DNA of 62,920 bases from Verrucomicrobiota bacterium (GTDB taxonomy: Bacteria > Verrucomicrobiota > Kiritimatiellia > CAIQIC01 > JAGNIJ01), in NCBI GenBank assembly GCA_022704185.1, contig JAKJGV010000003.1:1-62920 (forward strand), in the 5' to 3' direction. Positions 52,147 to 60,939 of the stretch are shown piece after piece; position 1 is the first letter of the stretch; the number at the start of each line of letters is the position of its first letter. The notes under the pieces are model-generated. The model made no database searches. It worked only from the letters and a program-made list of their open reading frames with translations, and was not told the origin of the DNA. The position numbers and the translations under genes are program-made.

Positions 52147-53060
52147 TCCAGCGCGGCGCGCAGTTTCGCGAGATTGTCATTCATGATGGAAAGATACGTC
52201 ACACCCCGTTTCTGCTCCGCCGGGGTCAGATTGTGCGCGCCGTGCAGCAATTCCAGTTTCGCGCCGGTCTCCTCCGCCATGACCCGCGCAACGCGCGGCT
52301 CAATCAGTTCTTCGTGAAAAACGGTGTTTTGTCCTGTCGCGCGGATCACGCGGATCAGTTCCGCGACCTGCCGCGGTGTCGGCGTCGAGTTGGGAGAGAA
52401 GCCGGGATACGGCGAAACATGAGACAATCCGTAACGGCGCGCGAAGTACCCGAAAGCGAAGTGGCCGCCGTACACGATCTCCCGGTGGCGGCAAGTCTCC
52501 AGCCCTTGCTTGATCTGCCGATGCAATTCCTGAAGTTCAGTGATGTACGCTTGGGCGCGCGTCTCATAAAGCGGAGCGCCTTCAGGATCAGCCTTGGCGA
52601 GCCCCTGTGCGATGAGTGACACCATGGCCTGGGCGAGAACCGGATCGAGCCAGACGTGCGGATCCGCGCCGGAATGCTCGTGATGGGCGTGTTCGCAGTG
52701 CTCGCCGTGTACATGATCGTCGGCCCTCTCGATTTCCCGGCCGGCTTCAACCACGACCAACGAGGGGTTGTCCAGGCCCTGCAGAATATCCTTGGCCCAC
52801 GGCTCCATGTCATCGCCGATATAGATGAACACCTGCGCCCGGTTCAGGAGCCGCATATCGGAAGGCCTGGGCGCAAAGGTATGCGCCTCCACGCCCGGAG
52901 GGAGCAGTTGAAGCACCTCCACGCGCTCGCCGCCGACTTCACGGGCCCAGTCATACAAGGGGAACAGGGTGGTGACGACAACGAGGGGAGCCTGCGCGAA
53001 CGCGGCGAATGCGGATACCCATGCCCCAATCAACAGCACGATCGTTCTCATCAACTTCAT
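52137..53060 (-). CDS. znuA: Zinc ABC transporter periplasmic binding protein ZnuA (His-rich loop)
   Basis: Signal peptide MKLMRTIVLLIGAWVSAFAAFA, cluster-9 SBP fold motifs, His/acidic loop DDHVHGEHCEHAHHEHSGADPH characteristic of ZnuA. Confidence 0.9.
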   Translation of the reverse strand: MKLMRTIVLLIGAWVSAFAAFAQAPLVVVTTLFPLYDWAREVGGERVEVLQLLPPGVEAHTFAPRPSDMRLLNRAQVFIYIGDDMEPWAKDILQGLDNPSLVVVEAGREIERADDHVHGEHCEHAHHEHSGADPHVWLDPVLAQAMVSLIAQGLAKADPEGAPLYETRAQAYITELQELHRQIKQGLETCRHREIVYGGHFAFGYFARRYGLSHVSPYPGFSPNSTPTPRQVAELIRVIRATGQNTVFHEELIEPRVARVMAEETGAKLELLHGAHNLTPAEQKRGVTYLSIMNDNLAKLRAALECE

Positions 53061-53184
53061 TCTTTCCCTCTCCCCGCCTTCCGCTCCCCGCCGTCCCCAC
53101 GCGCTTGCCGCATGGGGGGCACCTCCAGCTTCCCGCTCATTTCCGCTTGCCCCGCCCCCTCCAAGCCGCTACGTTGAGCCCACG

Positions 53185-53598
53185 ATGTCTGATAGTGATA
53201 AATCAGTATCAATAGTGCAGCGGCGGACCCGGCCGCGTCAAGCGGTAACGAACGCCTTTCGCGAGGCGGGGCGCCCCCTGACTCCCGACGAGGCGTGCGC
53301 GCTGGCGCGCCGCGGCCACGGCGGGCTCGGCATCGCCACGGTATACCGGACGATCAAGCACCTCGCCGAAGCGGGCCTGCTGGCGCCGGTCCGCGTACCG
53401 GGACAACCGACGCGCTTCGAATGGGTGCGGAGCGAGCATCACCACCATTTCCACTGCCAGTCCTGCAACAAGGTCTACCCCATCCCCGGCTGCCCGCGCG
53501 GCATCCAGGCGATGACGCCGCGCGGATTCGCGGTGCGGCATCACGAGGTGACGCTGTACGGGTTCTGTCCGGATTGCAGGCCGATAAAAAAACGATAA
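53185..53598 (+). CDS. zur: Fur-family transcriptional regulator (Zur-like)
   Basis: RTRPRQAVTNAFREAGRPLTPDEA...IATVYRTIKHLAEAGLL wHTH, HHHHFHCQSCNKV...CPDC structural Zn site. Divergent from znuACB. An alternative in-frame GTG start lies at 53215. Confidence 0.85.
   Translation: MSDSDKSVSIVQRRTRPRQAVTNAFREAGRPLTPDEACALARRGHGGLGIATVYRTIKHLAEAGLLAPVRVPGQPTRFEWVRSEHHHHFHCQSCNKVYPIPGCPRGIQAMTPRGFAVRHHEVTLYGFCPDCRPIKKR
53191..53210. promoter_or_regulatory. Fur/Zur-box-like AT-rich palindrome
   Basis: GATAGTGAT-AA-ATCAGTATC (8/9 complementary arms), close to the classical Fur box GATAATGATAATCATTATC with one extra central base. The only AT-rich palindrome in the znuA-zur divergent region. Confidence 0.5.
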
Positions 53599-53645
53599 GC
53601 CGGACGGTATCAAAACCGAAGTATGTCTTGAAAACAGCCCCCCCC

Positions 53646-53824
53646 CTGCGGGCTCGACCCGCAGGAGCCGAAGTTCGCACGCTACGCGCCCACCCGAAAC
53701 CAACAGGAGCCCGGATGGAGCGAAACAGTGGGGCCCTCCGCCTTTCGCTCCATCCGGGTTCCGATTTCTTGGGGCTTTCATCATAGCTTGATGAACATGG
53801 GTTCCCGCGGGGCGAGTCCGCGGG
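53646..53824. other. Hairpin cluster in the zur/nikR convergent spacer
   Basis: CTGCGGG-CTCGA-CCCGCAG (53646-53664). CCCGGATGGAGCGAAA...TTTCGCTCCATCCGGG (16-bp stem, 53710-53758). CCCGCGG-GGCGAGT-CCGCGGG (53804-53824). Preceded by a C9 tract (53638-53646). Confidence 0.55.
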
Positions 53825-53908
53825 GGACCTCACATGCGTGCGTTATGGGTTTTGGCCAGCGGGACAAGCCCTGTGCGTGGCCTTCAGAACATGCATAAGC
53901 GATTCAGG

Positions 53909-54325
53909 CTACGGCAGCGCGCGGCCGGTCGTGGCCGTGGCGAGCGAGCAGTGCTTGATCCCCTTCACCGCGCGCAACCCCGCCTCGAGTTCCGCGATAT
54001 CCCGCGGCTTGCCGCGCACCGCAAGGATCTCGAGACAGTTGTCGTGATCCAAATGGAAGTGCTGCGTGGCCATGATCATGTGATGCCAGTCGTGCTGAAT
54101 ATGGTTCAACCGGTTGGCCAGATCGCGCTTGTGGTGGTCATAGACCAGGATGATCGCGCCCGCGACTTCGCGGCCTTCCAGCCACTCCCGGCGGATCAGG
54201 CTCTCGCGGATCAGGTCCCCGACGGCCTTCGATCGCGTCGGGCAGTGTGCGCGTGAAATCTGCCGGTCGAACTTTTCGACCAGGTCCTTGTCCAGCGAAA
54301 CGCTCAATCGAACGAGTTTCGACAT
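53909..54325 (-). CDS. nikR: Nickel-responsive regulator NikR
   Basis: ATG 54325 after a GGAGGGTG SD. RHH N-terminus MSKLVRLSVSLDKDLVEKFD. C-terminal ACT-like Ni domain with H..H ligands (ILVYDHHKRDL...HIQHDWHHMIMATQHFHLDHDNCLEILAVRG). Confidence 0.9.
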   Translation of the reverse strand: MSKLVRLSVSLDKDLVEKFDRQISRAHCPTRSKAVGDLIRESLIRREWLEGREVAGAIILVYDHHKRDLANRLNHIQHDWHHMIMATQHFHLDHDNCLEILAVRGKPRDIAELEAGLRAVKGIKHCSLATATTGRALP

Positions 54326-54468
54326 GGCTTGTTCACCCTCCGAGGCCGGAACCGTCCGGAATAAACCACGAAAGCCCCGTCCATGTCCATTACTCCCTAC
54401 TATACGCCCGGGGCTCCCGTCGCATATAATAGGGGGCAGGAGCACATCCGGGAACCCGAGGGAACCTT

Positions 54469-55716
54469 ATGGCCAGAATCCTTGTTGTGGATGATCAGCC
54501 CATGGTGCTCAAGTGCCTGAAATCGGCACTGACCGCCGACGGGCATGACATCGCAACCGTGACCGCGGGCGATCTCGCGCTCAAGCTGGTGGGGTTTCAA
54601 AGCTTCGACGTGATCATCACCGACTACGCGATGCCGGGGATGGACGGCCTGCGCTTCCTGGAGATTACCCAGCAGAAATCGCCCGGCGTGCCGGTGATCA
54701 TGGCCACCGGCTACGGCACCGCCGACACGGCCATGGAGGCGATGCAGAAAGGCGCGTTCGACTACCTGGCCAAACCATTTTCTCTGGATGCGCTCCGCAC
54801 CACGGTTTCCGCGGCGCTGGAGTATGTGAAGGCGCGGAACAGCATCCCCGAGCTGACGCAGCCCGACCCCACCGCCCTGCCCTTCCCCAACGTCGTCGCC
54901 GCGAGCGCGGCGATGAAGGGCGTCTGCGCCCGCATCGTTGAACTGGCGCCGCGCGACGGCGCGGTCCTTTTCCAGGGCGAGCCGGGCACCGGCAAGGAAA
55001 TCCTGGCGCGAACGATTCACGCGCGCGGATCGCGGCGCGACGATCTTTTCGAGCGGGTGGACTGCAGCCGCCTGCGGGAGGGCGGTTCGATCGGAGCCCT
55101 GCTCGAACACAGCAAGGCGGGCACATTGTACTTTCGACAGATCGGCTCGATGCCGCCGCAGATGCAGAAGGAGCTTTCTGCGATCATCCTGACGCGGCGA
55201 TTCCGCGCGTATGACGGCGGCGGGGACGCCCAGCTTCGGACCCGCATCATCGCTTCCACCACCACGCACCTGGAGAAGCTCACGGTGGACGGACGCTTCA
55301 ACCCGGATCTCCTGCAGGCCCTCAAGGAAACGACGGTCACGGTGCCGCCGCTTCGCACGCGGCCCGAAGACGCGCGCATCCACATCGGCCTGATGCTCCG
55401 CCGGTTCCTCAACCCCGGCGAGAAGGTACCCATCGAGCCGGAGGCGCTGATGGTGCTGGAGAATTACCCATGGCCGGGCAACCTGCCCGAGCTGGAGGAA
55501 ACGATCCGGAACGCGAGCTGCATATCCGGGGGGATGTGTATCCGGGCCCAGCATCTTCCACGCGGATTCCTGCGCATGGCCACCACCGGCGACGAGGAAC
55601 AGCTCCGGCAGATCGACCTCAAGCAGTTTCGCGGTCGCGTGGTGAAAAGCTTCCTGAACAACATCAAGCAGGAATACGAACACGTGCTCGACAAAATCGA
55701 GAAGTTCGCGCCCTGA
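54469..55716 (+). CDS. Response regulator with degenerate sigma-54-interaction AAA+ domain (no GAFTGA loop, no Walker B DE, no obvious C-terminal HTH)
   Basis: REC: ILVVDDQ...VIITDYAMPGMDG...KPF. AAA+: VLFQGEPGTGKE, then GTLYFRQIG in place of GTLFLDEI, PPLRTRPEDA, YPWPGNLPELEE. Confidence 0.85.
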   Translation: MARILVVDDQPMVLKCLKSALTADGHDIATVTAGDLALKLVGFQSFDVIITDYAMPGMDGLRFLEITQQKSPGVPVIMATGYGTADTAMEAMQKGAFDYLAKPFSLDALRTTVSAALEYVKARNSIPELTQPDPTALPFPNVVAASAAMKGVCARIVELAPRDGAVLFQGEPGTGKEILARTIHARGSRRDDLFERVDCSRLREGGSIGALLEHSKAGTLYFRQIGSMPPQMQKELSAIILTRRFRAYDGGGDAQLRTRIIASTTTHLEKLTVDGRFNPDLLQALKETTVTVPPLRTRPEDARIHIGLMLRRFLNPGEKVPIEPEALMVLENYPWPGNLPELEETIRNASCISGGMCIRAQHLPRGFLRMATTGDEEQLRQIDLKQFRGRVVKSFLNNIKQEYEHVLDKIEKFAP

Positions 55717-55739
55717 ACGATCCGGCCCTGCCCCACCCG

Positions 55740-57947
55740 CTAATCGTGCGGATTCAGGCGCAGGTACACCGCGCCGAGCGGCGGAAGCCGTAGCCCGATG
55801 GACCAGTTCCTTCCCATCCACGGGATATCCTCGGCATACCGGTCCCCGGTGTTGACGACATTGCTGCCGCCGTACTGATCGGCATCGGTGTTCAGCACTT
55901 CCGTGTAACGTCCCGGCTCGGGGACGCCGATACGGTAACCCTCGCGCGGGACCGGCGTGAAGTTGCAGACGCACACGACGATGTCGCGTGGGTCGCGCCC
56001 GCGCCGGAAGAAAGAGATGATGCTCTGCTCCCAGTCGTGCAGGTCGATCCACTCGAAGCCTTCCCACGAGAAGTCGATTTCGTGCAGCGCGCCGTACAGG
56101 CGGTACAACCCGTGCAGATCGCGAACCAGGTCGTGCAGCTTGCGATGCGGGTCGTAGTCGAGGAGATGCCAGTCCAGGCTCTCGTGGCAGGTCCACTCGC
56201 GCCATTGTCCGAACTCGCAGCCCATGAAAAGGAGTTTCTTTCCGGGGTGCGCGAACATGTACGCATACAGCACGCGCAGGTTGGCGAAGCGCTGCCAGTA
56301 GTCGCCCGGCATCTTGTCGAGCATCGCCCCTTTCCCATGCACCACCTCGTCGTGCGAGAACGGGAGGATGAAGTTCTCGGTGAATGCGTAGATCAGCGAG
56401 AACGTCAGCTCGTGGTGGTGGAACTTGCGATGCACCGGCTCCTTGTGGATGTACACCAGGGTGTCGTGCATCCATCCCATGTTCCACTTGAAGTCGAAAC
56501 CCAGGCCGCCCAGGTACGTCGGCTTGGAAACCATCGGCCACGCCGTGGATTCCTCCGCGAAGGTGATGAATCCCGGGTACTCGCCGTGGATGACTTCGTT
56601 GAACCGCTTGAGAAAATCCACCGCCTCGAGGTTCTCGCGGCCGCCGAACTGGTTCGGGATCCACTCCCCTTCCTTGCGGGAATAGTCGAGGTACAACATG
56701 CTGGCCACCGCGTCCACGCGCAGCCCGTCAATATGGTAGACATCCGCCCAGTACATCGCGTTGGACAGGAGGAAGGTCTTCACCTCGTTGCGGCCGTAGT
56801 TGAAGATCAGCGTGCCCCAGTCCTTGTGCTCGCCCTTGCGCGGGTCGGCATGCTCGTAGAGATGGCTGCCGTCGAAATACGCCAGCCCGTGCCCGTCCTT
56901 CGGGAAATGCGCCGGAACCCAGTCGAGGAGCACGCCGATCCCCTCCTGGTGGCAACGGTCCACGAAGTACATGAAATCGTCCGGCGTGCCGAACCGGGAA
57001 GTCGGGGCGTAGTAGCCGATGGTCTGATACCCCCACGACCCGTCGAAGGGATGCTCCGAGATGGGAAGCAACTCGATATGCGTGTATCCCAACTCCTTGA
57101 CGTAGGGAACCAGTTGATCGGCCAGCTCGCGATAGGTGAGCCAGCGGTTGAAATCCTCCGGGACCCGGCGCCACGAACTGGGGTGCACCTCGTACACGCT
57201 GATCGGCTTGTCGTGCCAGCGCGTCTCGCGACGCTGCGCCATCCAGTCCTGGTCGCGCCACTGGTAGCGGTTCAGGTCCCACACCACCGAAGCGGATTTC
57301 GGACGCAACTCGGAGAAGAAGGCATACGGATCCGCTTTCTGCCCGAGGAAATTGTGGCGCCCCTTGATCTCGAACTTGTAGAGGTCGCCCGGCTGAAGAT
57401 GCGGGATGAATATCTCCCACAAGCCCGAACCGCCCCGATGCTGCATGGGATGGTGGCGCCCGTCCCAGCGGTTGAACCAGCCGATCACGCTCACGCGCAT
57501 CGCGTTGGGCGCCCAGACCGCGAAGTGCACTCCCTGCACGCCGTCAATCGTCATCACGTGTGCACCCATCTTGGTGTACGTGCGGTAGTGCGTGCCTTCG
57601 CCGAGCAGATACAGGTCGAAGTCGGTGATCTGGAGCGGGAAGCGATAAGGATCCTCCAACTCCCACTGGTGGTCGTCGAAACCGGTCATGCGCAGGCGGT
57701 AGCGGAACTTCGCGCGATCCGGCAGCACCCGCTCGAACAGGCCCTGGTCATGAATGCGCGCCAGTTCAAGCGCCTCGCCGGAGTCGGAGTTGATGATCTC
57801 CACTTTCCGGGCGTACGGCTGAAAAGAGCGGACTACGACGCCGGGCATGGACGGACCCGTTTCGTTCATGCCCAACACCTCGTAGGGTGAGCCGTGTGTG
57901 CCGTGAACGATCGCATCCATGGCTTCGCGTGCAAGCAAGGGTTTCAT
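55740..57947 (-). CDS. glgB: 1,4-alpha-glucan branching enzyme GlgB (GH13_9)
   Basis: 735 aa. CBM48 N-terminal domain plus GH13 motifs [39 protein letters not shown]. Confidence 0.96.
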   Translation of the reverse strand: MKPLLAREAMDAIVHGTHGSPYEVLGMNETGPSMPGVVVRSFQPYARKVEIINSDSGEALELARIHDQGLFERVLPDRAKFRYRLRMTGFDDHQWELEDPYRFPLQITDFDLYLLGEGTHYRTYTKMGAHVMTIDGVQGVHFAVWAPNAMRVSVIGWFNRWDGRHHPMQHRGGSGLWEIFIPHLQPGDLYKFEIKGRHNFLGQKADPYAFFSELRPKSASVVWDLNRYQWRDQDWMAQRRETRWHDKPISVYEVHPSSWRRVPEDFNRWLTYRELADQLVPYVKELGYTHIELLPISEHPFDGSWGYQTIGYYAPTSRFGTPDDFMYFVDRCHQEGIGVLLDWVPAHFPKDGHGLAYFDGSHLYEHADPRKGEHKDWGTLIFNYGRNEVKTFLLSNAMYWADVYHIDGLRVDAVASMLYLDYSRKEGEWIPNQFGGRENLEAVDFLKRFNEVIHGEYPGFITFAEESTAWPMVSKPTYLGGLGFDFKWNMGWMHDTLVYIHKEPVHRKFHHHELTFSLIYAFTENFILPFSHDEVVHGKGAMLDKMPGDYWQRFANLRVLYAYMFAHPGKKLLFMGCEFGQWREWTCHESLDWHLLDYDPHRKLHDLVRDLHGLYRLYGALHEIDFSWEGFEWIDLHDWEQSIISFFRRGRDPRDIVVCVCNFTPVPREGYRIGVPEPGRYTEVLNTDADQYGGSNVVNTGDRYAEDIPWMGRNWSIGLRLPPLGAVYLRLNPHD

Positions 57948-57999
57948 AGTACTTCTCCAATCCTGTTGTGCGTCGGTATTCTAGAGGTTCCCGGGCGGA

Positions 58000-60777
58000 C
58001 TACAAGGTCACATCGAGACGGATTGTCCGGCCCGCCGGCAGGCGCGAGAGCTCCCGGCGCCGGATGAGCACACCCCCTTGTTCCCGCGGCTCGCAGGGAA
58101 CAGCCCGGCCGCCGGCCCGCACCCCCATGACCTTGTATTGGCCGGGTTTCAGCCTGCGCGGATTGTGAAAGACCACTTCCAGGCTGCGACCCGCAAACGG
58201 GACTTTCACCGAGCACTCGCCCCGGGCGCCGAACTCGTGCGGCAGCAACTGGGGATCCACGACCAAGTCGCCCAACTCTCCGCGAACGCCGAAAGCCTGG
58301 GTCAGAAGCAGGTATACCATCCATGACGCCGTGCCGGTGAGATAGCAGTACATGCCCCGCCCTTCCGCGTTGAAATATTCCGGCACGCACGGGAAGACGC
58401 ACGCCACGGCGGAGTTTGTGGCCGCGCCATAGAGCGCACTCCAGACCTTGTGGCCGACGTCCGGCCGACGCAGGCGGTAAAGCGCGTAGGCGTACATGAC
58501 GGCCATGTGACAGAACACCGCGCCGTTCTCCTTCTCTCCATACGCGAACGAGAATGCACGCCCGAGATCCGGCTGGATTCCGCCGAAGTCGGTATTGAGC
58601 CGGATACCTCCCGTCACCGGGTCCTTCAGCCAGCGATCCACCGAGCGGACGACCTGCTCCACCTGCCGCGGCTCCGCGATCCCTGCCATCAAGGGAAACA
58701 CCTGGCCCGTCAGCGTCATGCGGACACCCCGCGCACGCCGTCCCTCCACACGCCGCCCGCGGTTGTCGTAATACCCGTTGAAAAGCCCCTCGCGCTTTCC
58801 AAGCGCCACCCACTCCTCTTCCCTGATTCGCGCGGCAAGCGTCCGGCTCTTCTCGCGCAGGTCCGCCGCGAGCGACGCGGCATCCACCGCGATCGTCCGC
58901 CCCGACACATCGCGCGCGACGACGTCCAGGTAGGCCTTCAACCGCGCCTGCCGCGCGCGCGACGAACCGTAGTTCACGCGCCGGCCGCCGGGCACCCGAT
59001 CAAGCAGGAGCCGCAGTTCGCGCGCGAGACGGAGCATTCGGTTCCCCCGGCGCGCCAGCACGTCCGCCAGATCCGCCAGGCGATCCAGGTTCCATGCGAA
59101 GAACGCAGTGAAAGCCACCGACTCGCCGCGATCGTCCGCCATGTCCAATCCGTCGTTCCAGTCCGCCCCTTCCAGCAGGCAGACGTTGTGTTCGCCGACG
59201 TTGAAGAACGCCGTCAGGTTCTGCACCAGCATGTGCTCAAAAATCGTGCCCCGGTATACGCGTCCGTCGCGGGCCCGAAGCTCGCGGCCGTACGCTTCGG
59301 TCCAACGCGCATCGCGCCGCTTGCACCGGTGTGTTTGCGGATCGCGGAAATACTCCCGCTCGCGCAGAAGGAACGGCAGGTCGCCCGTCTGGTCCACGTA
59401 AAGCAACGTGGTATAGGCCGGCCAGCAACCGTGATCCATCCAGGTGCGAGGGATACTGTTCCGGTCCGCGATGAAGGATCCGTTCGTGCCGATGATGGTG
59501 GCGTTCGACCCATCCATCCGCACGCCGCCGAAGTTGTGGAGCAGCATTCGTTTCACGCCGGAGGGATCCGACAGCAACAGCGCGAGGCAATCCTGCCAGA
59601 GATCCCGCCAGCCTTTCCCGCCGCGGCCGTAGTCGTATTGAGGCAGATAGGAGTTGCCGTAAAGCCGGCGCAGCGTCGGCTGGGTTCCAACCCAGGCGAG
59701 CCAGTTGTTCAGTCTTGGGAACGGCGTGCGGAACGACACCCCCCGGGTCTGCGCTAGCCAATGCTCCCGCGTACACTCGAGGGAGCTGCGAACGTTTCCG
59801 GACGATCGCGCCCACCGGGTCCAGCGCGCCACACACGCCGCGCTGTCCGACACACCACCCAGGAAAACAAAATGACCGGACTCGCCGGGCCGCAGGACAA
59901 CTCCCTCGAAGCAGAATCCGCCCAGCGCTTCTTTGCCCTGGAAACTCGCGGGGCTCCCTCTCGGTTCTTTCTCCCGGCGCCAGACCGCGGCCGGCGCCGC
60001 GAAGCTGCCGCCCTCGCCGAGGAAGCTTTCCTGTGTCGGCCATATCCCCGTCGGCGGGCGGCCGCGCGGACCGAACCCGAGCACCGTGTACACCGTCGTG
60101 TTCAGTCGGTGGCCGCGCTCATCAAAAGACATCGTGGGACAAGCCGACACCCCGTGCCGGGACAGTCTCACGCGGTTCAGCAGCGCGGTCACGTGGCGGT
60201 GATCGCGGACATCGTCCGCCGAACGGGCGAACAACGGGATCGCGCCATAGGCGTCGAAGTGAAGCGCCTTCTTTGACGTGTTGGTCACTTCGACGAGCAT
60301 GATCTCGATCTTCTCGTCGAGGTCCGAGGGGCACCAGAGCGTCGCGCGCACGCGAAACCGGCGGTCGGAAGACTCCTTCACCACGCTGAACCAGCCGGGC
60401 CCGGCATTCACCAGCGTTGCAGGAACGCGCAAACGGCGGGCATGGACGTCCAGGCCGTCGGCTGAGAGACGGGAAAGCGAAAAAGGGCGACGCCCCGGCT
60501 CGGCAAGCCAGAAGCCGCGATGAACCAGCGTGTTGGCGAGGTCTTCCGCCGTGAGCGGAACGCCGAGATACTCATTATGTTCCGCCGCGGGACTGCCCTG
60601 AAGATCGGGATTCGTCCACGAGCGCATGCCCGCTTCGTTTACGAGGGGGAAGTAGAGCCGCGCGACCTGCTCGGTATGAACGGCTATGAACTCGCCGGTG
60701 CCGGCCGCACCGGGTTCGGTCTCCACGAAGTCCCACCAACACTCGCCGGTCTTCTTGAAAACAGGCATTCTTTTCAT
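58000..60777 (-). CDS. GH94-like glycoside phosphorylase family protein (cellobiose/cellodextrin/beta-glucan phosphorylase-like)
   Basis: ATG 60777 after an AAGGAG SD, 925 aa. N-terminal beta-sandwich plus (alpha/alpha)6-type region with GADWNDGLDM (catalytic Asp context of GH94-type phosphorylases, from memory). The upstream part of the 1129-aa ORF is non-coding-like. Confidence 0.6.
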   Translation of the reverse strand: MKRMPVFKKTGECWWDFVETEPGAAGTGEFIAVHTEQVARLYFPLVNEAGMRSWTNPDLQGSPAAEHNEYLGVPLTAEDLANTLVHRGFWLAEPGRRPFSLSRLSADGLDVHARRLRVPATLVNAGPGWFSVVKESSDRRFRVRATLWCPSDLDEKIEIMLVEVTNTSKKALHFDAYGAIPLFARSADDVRDHRHVTALLNRVRLSRHGVSACPTMSFDERGHRLNTTVYTVLGFGPRGRPPTGIWPTQESFLGEGGSFAAPAAVWRREKEPRGSPASFQGKEALGGFCFEGVVLRPGESGHFVFLGGVSDSAACVARWTRWARSSGNVRSSLECTREHWLAQTRGVSFRTPFPRLNNWLAWVGTQPTLRRLYGNSYLPQYDYGRGGKGWRDLWQDCLALLLSDPSGVKRMLLHNFGGVRMDGSNATIIGTNGSFIADRNSIPRTWMDHGCWPAYTTLLYVDQTGDLPFLLREREYFRDPQTHRCKRRDARWTEAYGRELRARDGRVYRGTIFEHMLVQNLTAFFNVGEHNVCLLEGADWNDGLDMADDRGESVAFTAFFAWNLDRLADLADVLARRGNRMLRLARELRLLLDRVPGGRRVNYGSSRARQARLKAYLDVVARDVSGRTIAVDAASLAADLREKSRTLAARIREEEWVALGKREGLFNGYYDNRGRRVEGRRARGVRMTLTGQVFPLMAGIAEPRQVEQVVRSVDRWLKDPVTGGIRLNTDFGGIQPDLGRAFSFAYGEKENGAVFCHMAVMYAYALYRLRRPDVGHKVWSALYGAATNSAVACVFPCVPEYFNAEGRGMYCYLTGTASWMVYLLLTQAFGVRGELGDLVVDPQLLPHEFGARGECSVKVPFAGRSLEVVFHNPRRLKPGQYKVMGVRAGGRAVPCEPREQGGVLIRRRELSRLPAGRTIRLDVTL

Positions 60778-60939
60778 AACTCCTTGCGGGGCAGTGAATC
60801 GGGGGCATTGTAGGAATCGGGGCCTCTTTGTCACGTTCAAACCCCTGCCCTCATTCTCCGGGCAGCCCTTGCCGGAAATGCGGAAATCGGTGTATAGGTA
60901 TACTTGAAGAGTGCATGATCGGCGCGAAACTCCGCCGTC

